A DNA stretch of 64,000 nucleotides from Solirubrobacterales bacterium (GCA_051306435.1 JBPPNF010000052.1:4906-68905); one strand, 5' to 3'; shown: positions 10,711 through 20,090, counted from the first letter of the stretch. The notes: a model not told the origin generated them from the letters alone. A program made the numbers and translations.

Positions 10711-11628
10711 CTACGGCGTGCGGATGACGTTCTTGGTCAGCGTCTCGCTGATCGCAGAAACGATCTTCTTCGCCGCGGCAGGCTTGCGCTGCCAGATGTT
10801 GCGTCCGTAGATCACGCCTGAACCGCCGGCCTTCATGACCATTTTCGTCATGTCGAGGACTTCGGCGTCGGAGGCCTTCGAGCCACCCGAGAGCACGACG
10901 AGCGAACGACCGGCGCTCTCGACGCACTGGCGGATCGCTTCCTGCTGGTCGACCTTCATCTTGTTGTACGGCGCCGGGGAGTCGGCGTCTGAGTCGAGTC
11001 CGACCTTCGGCATGTTGATCTTGACGATGTCGGCGCCCATCTCCATGGCCATGCGCGACGCGTAGTCGATCGCGTAGAAGCTGTCCTGTCCGCCCTTGGC
11101 GGCGACGGCGCTACCGCGCGGGTAGGACCAGACAACCAGCGGAAGGCCGTACTTCTCGCAGTCGGCGCGAACTTCGCCGAGCTGCTTGAGGTCCTCGTCC
11201 TGACGGGGCGAGCCGACGTAAAGGGTGTAGCCGATGGCCGTGGCGCCGAGACGCACGCCGTCGAGCACGCTGGCGTTGACTGCGGAGAAAGCCTCGCCGC
11301 TGGGCGGAATGTCGGTCTTGCCGTTGACCTTCAGGAGCAGCGGCACCTGACCGGCCCAGTCGGGCCAGTACTTCGTGGCGAAACCGATCTGGCAGGCGAT
11401 GCCGCTGTAGTTGGACGCGGCCGCGAGCGCGAACTCGTAGTCGGGGTTCTTCGAGGCGGGGTTGGGGAAGAAGTCACGCGGGCCGTGCTCGATGCCCTGG
11501 TCGATCGGCAGGTACATGAGCGTGCCGTTTCCGGGACCGTGCGTGTAGAGCATGTTGTAGAGACGCGCCTTCTTGCCGGGCGAGACTACATCGAGCAATG
11601 ATTTCTGGGGCGATGACTGCTTGGCCAT
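10711..11628 (-). CDS. Class I fructose-bisphosphate aldolase (DhnA family)
   Basis: DQGIEHGP, WSYPRG, GADIVK Schiff-base Lys, LSGG, YGRNIWQ; start set to ATG 11628. Confidence 0.9.
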   Translation of the reverse strand: MAKQSSPQKSLLDVVSPGKKARLYNMLYTHGPGNGTLMYLPIDQGIEHGPRDFFPNPASKNPDYEFALAAASNYSGIACQIGFATKYWPDWAGQVPLLLKVNGKTDIPPSGEAFSAVNASVLDGVRLGATAIGYTLYVGSPRQDEDLKQLGEVRADCEKYGLPLVVWSYPRGSAVAAKGGQDSFYAIDYASRMAMEMGADIVKINMPKVGLDSDADSPAPYNKMKVDQQEAIRQCVESAGRSLVVLSGGSKASDAEVLDMTKMVMKAGGSGVIYGRNIWQRKPAAAKKIVSAISETLTKNVIRTP

Positions 11629-11740
11629 AGTGGGGTTGACTCCTGATCGATTCAGCCGCTTGGATGCGGGAAGCTTGAGGGCCAGAGCATAATCAAGCCG
11701 ACCAGGCCGGAGGGAGCGACCTGTACGCTGCAGCCCAGCC

Positions 11741-12538
11741 ATGCCCGAACGCGAATTCTTCGTCATCTGCAACAACTGCGGCAGCGAGGTCAGTCCCTAC
11801 GTGACCGAGTGCCCGTACTGCGGCACCCGCCTGCGCAAAAGCGCGCCGGACCTGAAGAAGCAGAAGAAGGCCGAAGAGAAGGAAGAGCGCAAGGCCGAGA
11901 AGCGGCGCGAGCGACTGCGGGCGCAGTATGAGGGCGGCTCAAGCAGCGGTGGCGGGGCCGCTCCGGGGGCTTGGCTTGAGCGCACGGGCAGACCGATAGC
12001 GACCGGCGCGCTGGTTGCGATCTCGATCGTCGCATCGATCCTCGCGGCAAGCAACATTCCCGACGTCAGCGACTGGATGCTGGCCAACCTGGTGTACCTC
12101 GGCAACTTCACGAGCACGCCGACCGTCCTGCTCACGGCGCCGTTCATTCATCTTTCGGCCGGCTACGCCTTCGTGTCCCTGTTCGGGTTTGCGGTGTTCG
12201 GCGCAGGCCTTGAGCGCCGGTTCGGTCCCGTGGCCGTGGTGCTGCTCTGGTTTGTCTGCGGGGCGGCCGGAATCGGCATGAAGGCGCTCGCCGACCCGGC
12301 GCATGCGGCGCTCGGCGCGATGGGCTGCGTCGCGGGAGCGATGTTCGCCTGGACGATCTACGTGGTCAACAAGGAAGACCTGCGTGACCACGACGCACTC
12401 GGCCTGGCCGCGATGGCCCTGGTCGTCTGTGCGCTGCCGATCGCCACCGATTCGGCGAGCGTCTGGGTACTGCTGGGCGGCGCACTCGCCGGTCTGATCA
12501 GCGGCTTCGTGCTGACGCGACTCTCACCGCGCGACTAG
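11741..12538 (+). CDS. Zn-ribbon plus rhomboid-like membrane protein, probably inactive
   Basis: CNNC...CPYC ribbon; LLTAPFIH, GLERRFG; GAMG where GxSG is expected. Confidence 0.75.
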   Translation: MPEREFFVICNNCGSEVSPYVTECPYCGTRLRKSAPDLKKQKKAEEKEERKAEKRRERLRAQYEGGSSSGGGAAPGAWLERTGRPIATGALVAISIVASILAASNIPDVSDWMLANLVYLGNFTSTPTVLLTAPFIHLSAGYAFVSLFGFAVFGAGLERRFGPVAVVLLWFVCGAAGIGMKALADPAHAALGAMGCVAGAMFAWTIYVVNKEDLRDHDALGLAAMALVVCALPIATDSASVWVLLGGALAGLISGFVLTRLSPRD

Positions 12539-12541
12539 AAG

Positions 12542-13060
12542 CTAGAAGTCGAACTTACGCGGCGGCGCTTCGTCGAACCAGAGCTTGTCGTGCTCTGGCG
12601 TTTCTTCGAAGAAGTCTGGCGTGGCCTCGAGCAGGTCGTCCTCGTCGACGGCTTCGGGCTCTTCGGCCGCCTGCGCTTCTTCCTCACCGAACTCGAACTC
12701 GATCGTGCCGGTGATCTCGCCGGACTTCGGCTCTTCGACGCTTGATGCGACGGCCGTTTCAGTGATCGGCTCTTGGGCGGGGGCGGGCTCTGGTTCGGGT
12801 TCCGGGGCCGGTGCCGGCGCTGGTGCTGGCTCTGGCGCAGGCTCTGGCTCTGGCTCTGGCTCTGGCGCAGGCTCAGCGGCAGCGGCAGGCGCTTCCTCGC
12901 GAATCGGAGGACTCAGGGCGTCTTCGAGCTCGTGTACGACCTCTTCGGGATCGGCGCCGTGCTCCTGTTTCAGGGCCAGGTGAGCCGCGATCGCGTCGGC
13001 GAGCGATCCGCCGGGAACGTCCGCGGAGTCGCCCTCGGGGGTTTCAATGTCATCTGCCAT
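12542..13060 (-). CDS. Acidic hypothetical protein with PE/AP low-complexity linker
   Basis: AIAAHLALKQEHG N-terminus, PEPEP/APAP repeats, LWFDEAPPRKFDF C-terminus. Confidence 0.75.
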   Translation of the reverse strand: MADDIETPEGDSADVPGGSLADAIAAHLALKQEHGADPEEVVHELEDALSPPIREEAPAAAAEPAPEPEPEPEPAPEPAPAPAPAPEPEPEPAPAQEPITETAVASSVEEPKSGEITGTIEFEFGEEEAQAAEEPEAVDEDDLLEATPDFFEETPEHDKLWFDEAPPRKFDF

Positions 13061-13128
13061 GCGGGCCATCTTACGGCGATCGCCGGAAGCTCTGCCCTGA
13101 TGACCGGATAAGCGGGGATGATTCCCAG

Positions 13129-13902
13129 ATGTCGCCGAAAACGTTTCTGCTCGTCCCGACCGCCCTGATTGCGGTCTCTGTATCGATTGAGGCGACGCTG
13201 CTTGCGGGCGTCGCCAGCATCGGCACCACGACCTACCACATGATGCACCTCGCGCTGATGGCGGTCCTGATCGTGGCGCAGTTCGGGGTTTACGCGTACG
13301 CGCGTGAACACGGCGGGCCGGCGCGGCTCGCGCTGCTGTTCGCGATCGGAGCGTCCTGCACCGGGATCGGCGATTTCGTCAACGGCGCAGCAAGCGGCAT
13401 CGAGCCGATCTCACACAAACTCTCGTGGGCGCTGCTTCTGTTCGGCACCGGCTACACGCTCTACACAGTCGCGCTCTGGCTGCACAACGAACCGATTCTC
13501 AGAGGCAGAGCGAGCAACTTCGCACGCTGGCGCTACCTGATCGCCCTACCGATCCTCGCCGTGAACGTCGCCGGCTGGCAGATGCAGGTGGGGCCGAACG
13601 TCGACGGACTCGACCTGCTCGCCTGGGGCTCGTTCATCTTCAACGCGACGATCTACGTCCTGCTGCCGACCTTTGCGATCTGGTTCTTCCACAGCTCCGG
13701 CTGGAGCGTCGGCGGACTGATCGTCCTGATCGGCGCGATCATGATCCAGTACTCCGACCTGATCCTCTTCGACTCGTGGCTCCGCGACGGCAACCCCGAC
13801 GTCCCACCGTTCGAGCTCTACGCAATCAACTGGATCGTCTACTTCAGCGGCCAAGCCCTGATCTCAATCTTCCCAGCGCTGGCAATCCAAGAACGGACCT
13901 GA
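13129..13902 (+). CDS. YhhN/lysoplasmalogenase-like membrane protein
   Basis: Multiple TM helices; GIGD, YSDLI, YFSGQALI motifs; start ATG 13129. Confidence 0.65.
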   Translation: MSPKTFLLVPTALIAVSVSIEATLLAGVASIGTTTYHMMHLALMAVLIVAQFGVYAYAREHGGPARLALLFAIGASCTGIGDFVNGAASGIEPISHKLSWALLLFGTGYTLYTVALWLHNEPILRGRASNFARWRYLIALPILAVNVAGWQMQVGPNVDGLDLLAWGSFIFNATIYVLLPTFAIWFFHSSGWSVGGLIVLIGAIMIQYSDLILFDSWLRDGNPDVPPFELYAINWIVYFSGQALISIFPALAIQERT

Positions 13903-13913
13903 ATCCTCGAACC

Positions 13914-14001
13914 ATCGGCTTAAGCGGCGCATGTTCAAACCACGAACTCGCCGAACGGCTCGCCTGTTCCAATTCTACGCGAGCAAGGATTCTCGATCAA
14001 G
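13914..14001 (+). repeat. att-like direct repeat copy 1 (left end of element A)
   Basis: 88-bp imperfect repeat of 16582-16669, containing GGCGCATGTTCAAACC. Confidence 0.75.
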
Positions 14002-14198
14002 TGGACCCAACGTCTGTCTCCGTGCCGCCGACGAGTCCCGTTGTGCGTCCGGCAGCGGTCCGGCGCGCTGTCAGTCAGGTACTTCTCGACTCGGATCGAC
14101 CGATGTGCGCCGCGAGCGACAGCTCATCGATAACACGAATTTCCAGAGGCCTGTATCGCGCCGGCTCAACCGAGGTGAATCGCGAACTCAGGCGTTAG
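13914..14198 (+). pseudogene. Internally deleted winged-helix ORF remnant
   Basis: RPAAVRRAVSQVLLDSDRPM...RISRGLY matches the 16582-16925 ORF with the middle missing. Confidence 0.6.
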
Positions 14199-15322
14199 TC
14201 GAACTGCCCGAGCCATTTCCGTTCGAACAGCACCTTGCCAAGATGGCCCACTCGCGTCGGCGGGAACAGACGCACTTGTGGGTCGGGCTCGGCGAAGAAG
14301 TCGCCCCTTGCAACGCCGGCCTTGCCACGTCCGATCTCGAGGAAGCATGATCCGTGACCCGCGAATCTGGCGCTGGTCTCGTGACCACGTGCGATGGCGA
14401 TCAAGTTGTCGGCAACGACGCGGGCTTGTTCGTTCGCGAAGACTCCTGCCTTCGGGAGCGGCTTTCCGTTGGCCAACGGAATAGCCGTCACGTCGCCGAT
14501 CGCGTGAACGTGATCCGCCGCGCGCAGGGTATGCCGGTCAACCGGAATCCAGCCGTTCGGCCCGGCCAGCTCCGAGTCGCGCACAAACGCCGGCGCTCGG
14601 TGTGGCGGTATCGCGATCAACAGGTCATATCGTTCCACGTCGTCCGCGAAGCGCAGCACCTGTGCGTTTTCATCGACTTCGCCAAGCGTCCGATCAGGGC
14701 GAAACGCGATGCCGCGTTTCTCCAGCATCGAGGCAACGCGATCACCCACTGCCGGTCCGGCCACCGGCATCGGTTGCGGTTCGACGGTGTGAACTCCCAC
14801 CTGCGATTCGACACCGCGCCTGCGCAAGTACGCCTCGATCAGAAACGCCGCTTCATACGGTGCAGCCGGGCATTTGTACGGCATCGACGGAACCACAATC
14901 TGAACGCGTCCGCCGTTGAAATTGCTCAGCGTTGCTCCTAAGTCCGCGGCTGCGTCCTTCGTGTAGAACGATGACGCATTTCCGAGTCCTGGCACGTCTG
15001 CAAAATTCAGCTCCGCACCAGGGGCCACGACCAGTTCGTCGTAGCTCACCGTTGAGCTGGTCGTCGTCACATTTTGCGCCCCAAGATCTATCCCCGTGAC
15101 ACATTCGCTCACCAGCTCGACGCCCCAGTTCGAGATCGAGTCGATCGGCCGCGAGACCTGTTCGACGTTCCGCGCGCCGTTCAGCAGCCAGAGAAACGAC
15201 GGTGCGAAGTCGTGGTTCACTGCCGGGTCGATCACGACGATGTGAATGTCCTTGGCACGTTCGGACAGTCGCTTGGCGCACGCCACGCCGCCGACTCCAG
15301 CACCGATCACGACCACCTTCAT
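14195..15322 (-). CDS. SQR/FCC-like FAD-dependent sulfide oxidoreductase
   Basis: VVVIGAGVGG, YKCPAAPYE, HAIGDV, PKAG, CFLE. Confidence 0.88.
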   Translation of the reverse strand: MKVVVIGAGVGGVACAKRLSERAKDIHIVVIDPAVNHDFAPSFLWLLNGARNVEQVSRPIDSISNWGVELVSECVTGIDLGAQNVTTTSSTVSYDELVVAPGAELNFADVPGLGNASSFYTKDAAADLGATLSNFNGGRVQIVVPSMPYKCPAAPYEAAFLIEAYLRRRGVESQVGVHTVEPQPMPVAGPAVGDRVASMLEKRGIAFRPDRTLGEVDENAQVLRFADDVERYDLLIAIPPHRAPAFVRDSELAGPNGWIPVDRHTLRAADHVHAIGDVTAIPLANGKPLPKAGVFANEQARVVADNLIAIARGHETSARFAGHGSCFLEIGRGKAGVARGDFFAEPDPQVRLFPPTRVGHLGKVLFERKWLGQFD

Positions 15323-16002
15323 GCTGACTTCTCCGATCGTTCGCCCGGTGCGATTTCGATCGGCCGTCCCTCGGCGACCCATTCTGCAAACCCGATGTCA
15401 AGCCGCTCGGTAGCAAGACCGAAACGCTTCATCGCGCGCACGGCGCTCGGCGCGAGCACGCAGTACGAGTCGCGGCAGTAAGCGACGACACTCGAATTTC
15501 GTGGCAGTTCTGAGATTCGGTCCGAGAGATCTTCGAGTGGCAGCGAGATCGCTCCGGGAATGTGCCCCGCCTCGAACTCGTCGCGGGGCCGAACGTCGAT
15601 CAACACGACCTCGTCGTCTCGCATCCGGGCGAACAGGCGGTCGCTGCCGATCTGTTCGAGGTCTTGTGTCTCAGTGAGAAAGTCGCGGACGAGACTCTGC
15701 GCCTCCAGGCTGCGCGCCTCGGCGAGTTGTCGCAGTGAGACCAGCGCCGAGAACACGGACTCGTCCGCCAGCCGGTAGTGGATTCGCTGTCCGTCGCGTC
15801 GCGTGTCGACCAGCCGGGCTTGCCGCAAGACCTTCAGTTGCGACGAAACCGTGGTCAGTGGTGCCGAAAGCCTGGTCCGGATTTCGTCGACGCTGCGCTC
15901 TCCTTGAACCAGCAACTCAAGAATGCGCACGCGCAACGGATTGGCGAATGCGTGCCCGAGCTTGGCGATTTCGGTGTCGAGATCGACCGACTGCATGACC
16001 AT
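15319..16002 (-). CDS. ArsR/SmtB regulator fused to rhodanese domain
   Basis: ANPLRVRILELL...VSSQLKVLRQARLV; DVRPRDEFEAGHIPGA, YCRDSYC. Confidence 0.92.
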   Translation of the reverse strand: MVMQSVDLDTEIAKLGHAFANPLRVRILELLVQGERSVDEIRTRLSAPLTTVSSQLKVLRQARLVDTRRDGQRIHYRLADESVFSALVSLRQLAEARSLEAQSLVRDFLTETQDLEQIGSDRLFARMRDDEVVLIDVRPRDEFEAGHIPGAISLPLEDLSDRISELPRNSSVVAYCRDSYCVLAPSAVRAMKRFGLATERLDIGFAEWVAEGRPIEIAPGERSEKSA

Positions 16003-16003
16003 C

Positions 16004-16360
16004 TCAGAACACCAAAACCTTGTCAGCCCAGAGCGACCACTCGGTGAGCCCATCGAGGTTCGACCGCGAAGCGCCTTCGACGAGCGGCACGTCGGCGAAG
16101 CCGCGGGCGTCCAGGCAGGTGCCGCAGACACCGACCTCAGCCCCTTTTCGCGTGATCGAGCCGACCATGCGCTCGATGTTGTAGTAGCCGTCGGGTGTCT
16201 GCTGGCCGGCGACTGCGCAACCGGCGGCGTCGCCGAACAAGAACATCCGAATCTCGACGCCGTCCTGCTTGATCAGCGAGCGCGCGAGCCGGAGGCCGTT
16301 GTATGAGCGTTCCGTCCCGTACGGCGGATCGTTGAGAATGACGAGGAAATGATTAGCCAT
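16004..16360 (-). CDS. DsrE/YchN family sulfur-relay protein
   Basis: DPPYGTERSYNGLRLA, FLFGDAAGCA, GQQTPDGYYN, CGTCLDARG. Confidence 0.92.
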   Translation of the reverse strand: MANHFLVILNDPPYGTERSYNGLRLARSLIKQDGVEIRMFLFGDAAGCAVAGQQTPDGYYNIERMVGSITRKGAEVGVCGTCLDARGFADVPLVEGASRSNLDGLTEWSLWADKVLVF

Positions 16361-16377
16361 GCGACCATAATACTATA

Positions 16378-16395
16378 TTACGAGAAACATCGTAA
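16378..16395. promoter_or_regulatory. Candidate ArsR operator
   Basis: TTACGA-N6-TCGTAA inverted repeat next to the AT-rich -10 of the dsrE promoter. Confidence 0.55.
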
Positions 16396-16526
16396 GATTA
16401 CCGAGACACACAACGACTCGCCCGCCCTGATGGGACCGTGTGGAGATACGTAGACGTCGAGATCCAGATCGAGATTCGCGGTGAGTACCGGCACGTCGCC
16501 GAGGGCGGATCTGGCTGATCACTGCC

Positions 16527-16551
16527 GGCGGTTTGAACTCTGCAAATTGGT
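16527..16551 (+). repeat. att-like arm (right end of element A)
   Basis: GGCGGTTTGAACTctgcaaattGGT resembles GGCGGTTTGAACTtcaacaaaatGGT abutting the tRNA at 18323-18348. Confidence 0.7.
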
Positions 16552-16581
16552 CGCGTGAAGAACCTCTGTAAATCCGCAGGA

Positions 16582-16669
16582 GTGGGCTTGACCGGCGCAT
16601 GTTCAAACCGACTTATGGCAGACCGCGTCGCCTGCTCTAATTCTACGCGAGTAAAGATTCTCGATCAAG
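16582..16669 (+). repeat. att-like direct repeat copy 2 (left end of element B)
   Basis: GTGGGCTTGACCGG-CGCAT-GTTCAAACC aligns to the tRNA antisense GTGGAGCTAGCCGG-ATTCGAACC. Confidence 0.75.
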
Positions 16670-16925
16670 CCCTCAATGCCGACGATGTGCAACCTCGGCT
16701 CATCGAAGTCGCACGACCGTTGGCAGTGCGAGAAGCCGTGAAACAGGTGCTGGAAGATTCCCAGCGCCCATTGCGTTACGTTGCGGTTGTCGAGCTTGTT
16801 AGCCGGAGGCTGGGCTGCAACGTCAGTCGATCAACGGTCAGGTCGGCACTCAGTGATCTCGCGGCGTCTCCGACATCTTCAGTGATTCGCAAGCAGCGTG
16901 GCCTTTACGAGACGCGGACTACCTT
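16582..16925 (+). CDS. Winged-helix-like ORF starting at the att site, 3' end at the IS fragment junction
   Basis: AVREAVKQVLEDSQRPLRYVAVVELV...VSRSTVRSALSDL...RKQRGLY. Confidence 0.55.
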
Positions 16926-17760
16926 TATCTCAGCGCCTTGCCGCCGTCGAGCACAAACAGCATGCCTTGCTGCGGGTCAAGCCCGCGATCGACGAGGTCG
17001 GTCAGCAACGCAGTGGAGACCGTCGCGTTCTCGGTTGATCCCTCCCACAAACCCAGTGGCAGCTTGACGCCTTCGGTTGTGACGCCCAGGGCGACCACGA
17101 CCGTGCGGCCTTTCAGGTCGAGTCCGTCGATCATCAATGCGGCCAGCCGCACGTCGCCAAGGTCGCGGCCCATCAGCTGCTTCATGGCGTCTCTCGTGCG
17201 GACGACAAACTCACGCGAGACGGCTGACTTGGACGTTGAGACGGCAGCTTCTTCGACTGCCTCGCCGACCGCCTCGCCGGCACCCTTGAAGCGGCGCGTT
17301 GAGATGCCCGCGAGCATCCGGTCAAGGATTCCTCGGCCGAGCGGGTCGCGACCTGCGAACTGCTCGTAGGTAGCAACTTGCGCCTCGCCGCCGCCCTTCC
17401 TGCGGATCCGAGGCCGGCGGATTCTCAGGCGCCTGGCACCGAGGGTCACCTGGCCGTTCTCGTGGCCATGGCGGTAAACCGTGCGCTGCGGATCGTGGGC
17501 TCCCTTGGGGCCGGCAAGCCGCGTGACCTCTTCGTCCATCAGCTCCTGCATGACGGCCATGCCGGTGAGGGCCAACTGGAGACGATCGGGCGCTTCGTTC
17601 GTCGCGCCGATCGGCGCGACGACAGCTTCGTTGTGTAGGTTCTGCATTGTTTGGTTCTCCTGTATTTTCGTTGTGGAAAATTGCCTCGTCACGCTCCCAA
17701 AAGGAGCGGACGGGGCTGGAGAACCGGCGGGTGAAGTTCTACGGAGAGTGGGGCAATCTC
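16925..17760 (-). mobile_element. Truncated IS256-family element (transposase fragment 16925-17647)
   Basis: YRHGH, RPRIR, LAGISTRR, SAVSR, LMIDG, VLDGGKAL then stop; catalytic E region missing; IR-like end near 17733-17760. Confidence 0.85.
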
Positions 17761-18409
17761 GCGGATCGAGCACCTCTTCGGCCGTGTCCAGCTTGAGCCA
17801 GCGATTCGCGAGCGGATCAAGGCAGCAGTCTTGGCCTACTTGGACGAGCGGGGCCAACACGCTGCGCCGCGACTTGCCAAGGCCGAAGCTGAACTGACGA
17901 AATTGAAGAACCAGGAGAAGAAGCTGCTCGACGCGCATTACGCGGATTCAATTTCCAAAGATTTGTTCGTCGAAGAGCAAGCGCGGATTCGCCGCGAACG
18001 CATCGCGGCCGACAAGCTGATCGAACGATTGAGCGCCGACGAGACGGTCGTGCAGGAAAAGGTGATGACGGCTCTGGCCATGACCGATCGAATTCAGACC
18101 GCGTACATCGCGGGAGACCCCAGCGCCAAGCGACTATTCAACCAGGCGTTCTTTAGATGGATTGCGATCGGCCACGAAGATGTCAGCGACTTCCAGGTCG
18201 CCGAGCCTTTCGATCAGTTCGTGGAACTGGTTGCGGTTGATGTGATCGAGGAGGAGTCTTTGGTTCAGACGAGCGCCGTGTCAGCACTCAAAAGCAAAAC
18301 CGCCGACCTCTTTTCAAAGGTCGGCGGTTTGAACTTCAACAAAATGGTGGAGCTAGCCGGATTCGAACCGGCGGCCTTTCGATTGCGAACCGAACGCTCT
18401 ACCAACTGA
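17761..18409 (+). pseudogene. C-terminal fragment of a large serine recombinase, reading antisense through the tRNA
   Basis: Coiled coil KKLLDAHYADSISKDLFVEEQARI, KRLFNQAFF, tail MVELAGFEP; catalytic N-terminus lost at the IS. Confidence 0.7.
18297..18330 (-). terminator. Terminator downstream of tRNA-Ala
   Basis: 13-bp stem AAACCGCCGACCT/AGGTCGGCGGTTT with T-rich tail on the minus strand. Confidence 0.8.
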
Positions 18410-18420
18410 GCTATAGCCCC
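18345..18420 (-). tRNA. tRNA-Ala(CGC)
   Basis: GGGGCTATAGCTCAGTTGGTAGAGC...TTCGCAA...GGTTCGAATCC...CTCCACCA; G3:U70 pair; encoded CCA. Confidence 0.97.
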
Positions 18421-18469
18421 GTGCCGTGAGAATGGTATCGGCGCAGCGATCGCGCGAGACAGCTCGCGG

Positions 18470-18997
18470 CTAGAGCGTCTCTCGCTCGCCGACGCGCAGC
18501 TGCTTGGGAGTCGTGAAGTTGGCGAGATCAACGGTGTCGGTGGCCAGCTCTGACCAGTCGCCGTCGAATTCGAACTCCGCAAGAGCGGCGGTGGGAAACT
18601 TTGCCGCCACGCGGGTGAGGCCTTCGCTCTCTCGGGCGATCTCGACAGAGAGGTCGTGAATCGAAGGGTTGTGCCCGACCAGCAGCACTGCCTTGCGCTT
18701 CTTCGGGACGCCGCGCAGCACATCGAGCAGGTCCTTCCTGGATGCCCGGTAGATCGCGTCCTCGAACTCAGTCTTTGCATCGCGGGGCAACGCGCGGGCG
18801 ACCGCCATGAGCGTCTCGCGCGCCCGGCGCGCCCCGGAGCAGTAGATGAAGTCCGGCTCGATCCCGCGATCGAGAATCAGCTCTGCGATCAGCTCGCAGT
18901 CGTTCCAGCCACGCTCGGTCAATCCACGCTCGTAGTCGAGCTGCCCGGCCAGCTCCCAGCTGGACTTCGCGTGGCGCAGAAGGTACAGATGCCTCAT
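18470..18997 (-). CDS. SixA-like histidine phosphatase
   Basis: LLRHAKSSW, CSGARRARET, LLVGHNP, FPTAALA. Confidence 0.92.
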   Translation of the reverse strand: MRHLYLLRHAKSSWELAGQLDYERGLTERGWNDCELIAELILDRGIEPDFIYCSGARRARETLMAVARALPRDAKTEFEDAIYRASRKDLLDVLRGVPKKRKAVLLVGHNPSIHDLSVEIARESEGLTRVAAKFPTAALAEFEFDGDWSELATDTVDLANFTTPKQLRVGERETL

Positions 18998-19004
18998 CAG
19001 CCGG

Positions 19005-19892
19005 CTATCGCTCGGGTCGCGTCGGCCCGACGTGGTCGAAGATTGCTGCGACGTCATCCTTGCCACGGCCTGCTTCGAGCGCCGCGTTGAAGTGGTCGTT
19101 CGTACCCTCGGCAAGCGGGAGCTGAAGGCCCGCCTCGCGCGCGGCGCCGACGATCAGGCGCGTGTCCTTGGTCCCGTGTTCAAGCGGAAAGTTCGGTTCG
19201 AACTCTCCGTCGAGCATCATCCTGCCCTTGACCTGCGCGTAGGCCGAACCGACGGGAGCGCCGTCGATCGCATCGAGAAACGCTTCGGGATCGAGGCTCA
19301 GCGCGGAGCAGAGATGCACGGCCTCGGCGATCATCGCCGTCTGGGTGAGCACCCAGTGGTTGGTCACGAGCTTCATGCGCGAGCCGTTGCCGGCCTCGCC
19401 GAGCCATACCGTCCTGGCGCCGACGGCGTCGAGCACCGGGGCGGCAAACTCAGCGGCGGCCTTGTCGCCGGAGGCGAGCATCACGAGCTGACCGGCCTCG
19501 GCGGGATTCTTGGTGCCCGATACCGGAACGTCCACAAATGCGACTCCGGCTTCGGCGGCCAGGGCGATCAACGCATCTGTTCCTTCGACCCCGATCGTCG
19601 CGCACTGCAGCCACGCCGCGCCCTCGGCGAGCCCGCCGAGCAGCGGCTCCATCACCTCGCGCGTGACCTGCGCGTCCGAAAGCACGCTGATCACCACATC
19701 GCGGTCACGCACGGCCGCAGCCGCATCTTCAAAAACTTCTGCGCCGTCTTCGGCCAGCGGCCTCGCCTTCTCGGGACTGCGATTCCAGACAGCGGTGCTG
19801 ATCCCCGCCTTGACGGTGTTGCGCGCCATCGCCGCACCGATGATGCCGGCGCCGAGGATCGCGACTGACGTTGCCCTGCGTTCTTCGCTCAT
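19005..19892 (-). CDS. NAD(P)-dependent beta-hydroxyacid dehydrogenase (3-hydroxyisobutyrate DH family)
   Basis: GAGIIGAAMA, WNRS, DVPVSGT, MKLVTN, KDTRL. Confidence 0.9.
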   Translation of the reverse strand: MSEERRATSVAILGAGIIGAAMARNTVKAGISTAVWNRSPEKARPLAEDGAEVFEDAAAAVRDRDVVISVLSDAQVTREVMEPLLGGLAEGAAWLQCATIGVEGTDALIALAAEAGVAFVDVPVSGTKNPAEAGQLVMLASGDKAAAEFAAPVLDAVGARTVWLGEAGNGSRMKLVTNHWVLTQTAMIAEAVHLCSALSLDPEAFLDAIDGAPVGSAYAQVKGRMMLDGEFEPNFPLEHGTKDTRLIVGAAREAGLQLPLAEGTNDHFNAALEAGRGKDDVAAIFDHVGPTRPER

Positions 19893-20090
19893 CGCGCCGA
19901 CGATATCGCCGACGCCGCGCGCGACGCTCACATGCTCAGAACCAGTTCCTCCAGGCGGTCGTAGGCCTCGGTCAGGCCGCCTTCACTGCCGGAGCCGACC
20001 GTTCACGGCCAGCCACGCGCCTGACGAGGTCGAGCGTCGGTGTTGATTCAACCGTTTGGTTGACTGATCCACGATCGGTATGTTCCGTGC

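Noticed and set aside
12535-12548. CTAGAAG tandem duplication at a convergent stop junction, as a possible excision footprint
   Set aside because: 7 bp is too short to distinguish from chance without comparative data
12780-12880. GGCTCT-type tandem repeats
   Set aside because: Encode the PE/AP linker of the minus-strand protein; not a separate element
16925-17938. 337-aa ORF as a full transposase
   Set aside because: 5' part is antisense to the recombinase remnant and the DDE domain is truncated
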